A stretch of 32,767 bases of DNA from Candidatus Woesearchaeota archaeon (GTDB lineage Archaea > Nanobdellota > Nanobdellia > Woesearchaeales > UBA10216): contig JACPIG010000020.1 in assembly GCA_016188205.1 (NCBI GenBank), positions 1-32,767 of the forward strand. Direction: 5' to 3'. The translations under genes were made by a program, and so were the position numbers. The notes beneath the pieces are model-generated. The model was not told the origin of the DNA and did not search any database. It saw only the letters and a program-made list of their open reading frames with translations. The first letter of the stretch is position 1; the number at the start of each line of letters is the position of its first letter. Below are positions 31,679 through 32,767 of the stretch, piece by piece.

Positions 31679-31779
31679 TTGTCGGCTGCGGTTAGCTCAA
31701 AGCTAACTTATTTTCTCTCCCCCACGGTAAGCGAGGGGGAGAGAAAATAACCTGAGCATTGCTCAGGCGCAGCCGACAA
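31679..31779 (-). ncRNA. Cloverleaf/four-way-junction element, copy B (inverted relative to copy A)
   Basis: Plus-strand reading: TTGTCGGCTGCG | GTTAGC-TCAAA-GCTAAC | TTATTTTCTCTCCCCC-ACGGTAAGCGA-GGGGGAGAGAAAATAA | CCTGAGC-ATT-GCTCAGG | CGCAGCCGACAA. All stems are perfect. The apical 21-mer is the exact reverse complement of that in copy A. Confidence 0.55.
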
Positions 31780-31877
31780 ATCCGAAGTGGCATATCACGA
31801 AAAGGTGACAATGCCGCATAAAGGAAAAATTATTAAACAATACTCCACCCTGATAGAAGCAGCCAAGACTGTAAGCG

Positions 31878-32183
31878 TTGGAAAGGCAAATGAAAAAGTT
31901 AGAAGAACTTCAAAAGAAGCTCTCTCAAAACAAGAATATGCTAAGGGAGAAGTATTATGTCAAAAGCATAGGCATATTCGGCTCTTTTGCAAGAGGGGAG
32001 CAGAAAAAGGGCAGCGATATAGATGTGTTAATAGAATTCAACAGGCCCATAAGTTTTTTCAAGTTTATTGAACTGGAAAATTGTCTTGGCGAACTTTTGG
32101 GCGCAAAGGTTGATTTAGTTTCAAAGAAGGCGCTTAGGCCATATATAGGCGGGCGAATATTGAAAGAAGTTGTAAATGTATGA
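31878..32183 (+). CDS. MNT-type nucleotidyltransferase (antitoxin-like partner of HEPN)
   Basis: GIFGSFARGEQKKGSDIDVLIEF matches the minimal NTase motif G-S-x-A-R-G-x(n)-D-x-D. Confidence 0.85.
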   Translation: MERQMKKLEELQKKLSQNKNMLREKYYVKSIGIFGSFARGEQKKGSDIDVLIEFNRPISFFKFIELENCLGELLGAKVDLVSKKALRPYIGGRILKEVVNV

Positions 32184-32189
32184 GGGGAG

Positions 32190-32531
32190 ATGAGAGATTA
32201 CAGGGATTACATCAGCGACATTTGGGAATCCATAAGCGACATAGAGAATTTTGCAGCCGGTCTGAACTTCAATGATTTTCTAAAGGATAAAAAAACAATA
32301 AACGCCACCATAAGAAGCCTCGAAATAATCGGTGAAGCGGCAAAGAAAATACCGAACAGAATAAGGGCAAAATACCCCGAAATTCCATGGCAAGAAATTG
32401 CTGGCATGAGGGACAAACTCATTCACGAATATCATGGAGTGGACTTGGAAATTGTCTGGACAGTTATAAAGGAGGACTTGCTCCCTTTAAAGTCCAATAT
32501 TAAAAGGCTTGTTAAGGATTACGGTGTGTAA
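32190..32531 (+). CDS. HEPN domain protein (DUF86 type, toxin-like)
   Basis: R-x4-H motif in MRDKLIHEYHGVD. Lies 6 nt downstream of the NTase gene. Confidence 0.85.
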   Translation: MRDYRDYISDIWESISDIENFAAGLNFNDFLKDKKTINATIRSLEIIGEAAKKIPNRIRAKYPEIPWQEIAGMRDKLIHEYHGVDLEIVWTVIKEDLLPLKSNIKRLVKDYGV

Positions 32532-32533
32532 TC

Positions 32534-32767
32534 ATGTACGAAATAATAGTGGGCAGGGATGATACAGACAGGAAAAGGTTCGGAGATAAAGGCACTTTCC
32601 TTCTTGGAAAGCACTATGTCAAGATGGGGCAGACAACATCCCTTTCCACAAACATATTCATGGACGCTGTGAGGCCGCATGTAGTGTTCGTCGTCGGCAA
32701 ACGCGGGAGCGGTAAAAGCTATTCGAGCTCGGCAATAGCAGAAGGCATGATGACGATGCCGCCTGAA
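32534..32767 (+). CDS. HerA/DUF87-like P-loop ATPase, N-terminal 78 aa only (runs off the window)
   Basis: MYEIIVGRDDTDRKRFGDKGTFLLGKHYVKMGQ...HVVFVVGKRGSGKSYS has the N-terminal barrel-like region followed by Walker A GKRGSGKS. Confidence 0.6.
   Translation, partial: MYEIIVGRDDTDRKRFGDKGTFLLGKHYVKMGQTTSLSTNIFMDAVRPHVVFVVGKRGSGKSYSSSAIAEGMMTMPPE

Noticed and set aside
25635-31779. The cloverleaf elements could be two copies of an ordinary MITE, with the closing stems acting as terminal inverted repeats.
   Set aside because: The closing-stem sequences of the two copies are unrelated (AGCCAAGCTGAG vs TTGTCGGCTGCG), as are the short arms. Only the fold and the apical hairpin are conserved. No clear target-site duplications flank them. 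The idea is not fully excluded without genome-wide copies.

Overview
The window looks like a compact archaeal chromosome segment, probably from a DPANN-like small-genome lineage. That call rests on gene content (RFC small subunit, Pelota, RNase HII, GatCA, archaeal-type pilus genes) and on A/T-rich TATA boxes about 25-30 nt upstream of start codons. Bulk GC is roughly 45-50% by eye.

Gene content, left to right:
- A type IV pilus-like module: the 3' part of a PilB/FlaI-type ATPase plus two T2SF membrane genes.
- A ~2.7 kb low-GC (~30%) gene for a membrane-spanning protein with an intracellular Mrr-type PD-(D/E)xK nuclease domain.
- A long minus-strand MoxR / DUF58 / vWA (Bat-like) operon. It is split by a 332-nt AT-rich spacer that carries a perfect 30-bp direct repeat and two related hairpins.
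- A TRASH zinc-ribbon gene, RNase HII, a free-standing LAGLIDADG-wHTH gene, an intron-containing tRNA-like gene, a PRC-barrel gene, rfcS and an 828-aa coiled-coil protein.
- A surface cluster: three paralogous Cys-containing lipoproteins, a 349-aa unknown protein, a polytopic membrane protein with a VirB1/SLT-like lytic transglycosylase domain, a pilin-like protein and a small ORF.
- pelota, an MBL-fold hydrolase, gatA, gatC, translin, an MNT/HEPN pair and the start of a HerA/DUF87-like ATPase.

Most notable observations:
1. rnhB is interrupted, inside its GIDExGRGP catalytic motif, by a 30-nt in-frame insert carrying a TAG. The insert folds into a bulge-helix-bulge motif (4-bp central helix, two 3-nt bulges). 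Cleavage at the predicted sites restores exactly GIDESGRGPIIGP, so this is a candidate endonuclease-spliced mini-intron in an mRNA.
2. Two ~100-nt intergenic elements, in inverted orientation 5.9 kb apart, share a gap-free four-way-junction (cloverleaf) architecture and a conserved 21-nt apical hairpin. Their other stems differ in sequence but stay perfectly paired, which fits an unclassified structured RNA or DNA element family.
3. A tRNA-like gene has an initiator-tRNA body (A1:U72, A73), a 13-nt canonical-position intron, a CGU anticodon and several stem defects.

All calls come from reading the sequence and ORF translations by eye. No database search was run.
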